This document shows, piece by piece, positions 63,300 to 64,000 of a stretch of DNA of 64,000 nt. A program made the translations under genes and the position numbers. The notes below the pieces were generated by a model. That model worked only from the letters and a program-made list of their open reading frames with translations. It was not told where the DNA came from and did no database searches. Each line of letters opens with the position of its first letter. Positions within the stretch are counted from its first letter, which is position 1. Source of the DNA: Octopus sinensis (Eukaryota); the NCBI RefSeq assembly GCF_006345805.1, contig NC_043017.1, positions 24,180,001 to 24,244,000 on the forward strand, read 5' to 3'.

Positions 63300-63503
63300 G
63301 TTCTGAGTTCAAATTCTGCCATAGTCAACTCTGCCCTTCATTCTTTCGGGGTCAATAAATTAATGGTACTTAATTTATCAACCCCAAAAGGATGAAAGGC
63401 AAAGTTGACCTCGGCAGAATTTGAACTTAGAACGTAACGGCAGATGAAATACCACTAAGCATTTCGCCCCGCGTGCTAACGTTTCTGCCAGCTCACCGCC
63501 TTA
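63300..63503. mobile_element. Inverted pair of SINE family B pieces
   Basis: A plus fragment at 63300-63363 abuts a minus copy at 63364-63503. Confidence 0.85.
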
Positions 63504-64000
63504 AAGCAAAATCAAACTTGGCAGGATTTGAACTCTGAACATAAAGACGGACACAAAAATTAACTATAATAATATCATAACTTATTCTCTAATATATTCT
63601 ATTGATTTATGACTGGGTATGATACATGCTGTGGTTTGGTTTTTTTATATAATCAGGGTACAGTGCATGCGTGTAGTGTATTTTATGTTTTGTTTGTGAT
63701 TTTTTTCTCTTCTAGGTGTTCAAAATTCCAGAGTTTGTGGGTGTGTACTCATTGTCATAATGTTCTGCTGTTTGGTCAACTAAAGTGTTTAAGATTCTTT
63801 TGTTAGGGAGTATCTATTTATTTATTCATTCTTACTTTATTTTTTATTTTTTTATAGATATCCGGTATTGAAAGTGAAAATCTAAAAGAGTCTTATCAGA
63901 AAGGATTTTACGCCTGTCACTCTTTATATCTCTGTTGACTTCAGCTATCTCTGTATCTATACAGTTAGTTGTCCAGTTGTGTTAATGCATATGCCTGTAC

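Overview
Eukaryotic, AT-rich, repeat-dominated non-coding DNA. The SINE families, RTE-type (TGA)n tails and extreme microsatellite load resemble an octopus (coleoid cephalopod) genome; this is an inference from recalled repeat sequences, not a search. No long protein-coding ORF is supported, and nearly all ORF-track entries are microsatellite or SINE read-throughs. The window holds four SINE-like families (dozens of copies or fragments), three RTE LINE 3' fragments, a deleted Tc1/mariner with a transposase remnant, several MITEs, Penelope-like ends with minimal hammerhead-like motifs, a 77-bp satellite built from a MITE end, and several foldbacks and local duplications. CpG is visibly retained at about 21.2-45 kb and 51.0-52.3 kb and depleted elsewhere. 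A few short exon candidates were found by splice signals only: minus-strand 51511-51538 (MARKNSQKT) and 21924-21959, and a plus-strand signal-peptide exon at 40187-40270. The best leads are the hammerhead-like motifs, the possible small secreted-peptide gene in the CpG-rich block, a three-way-junction RNA fold at 23466-23551, fixed-junction SINE multimers and the dsRNA-prone zone at 27.2-29.9 kb. Coordinates were counted by hand and repeat edges may be off by several bases.
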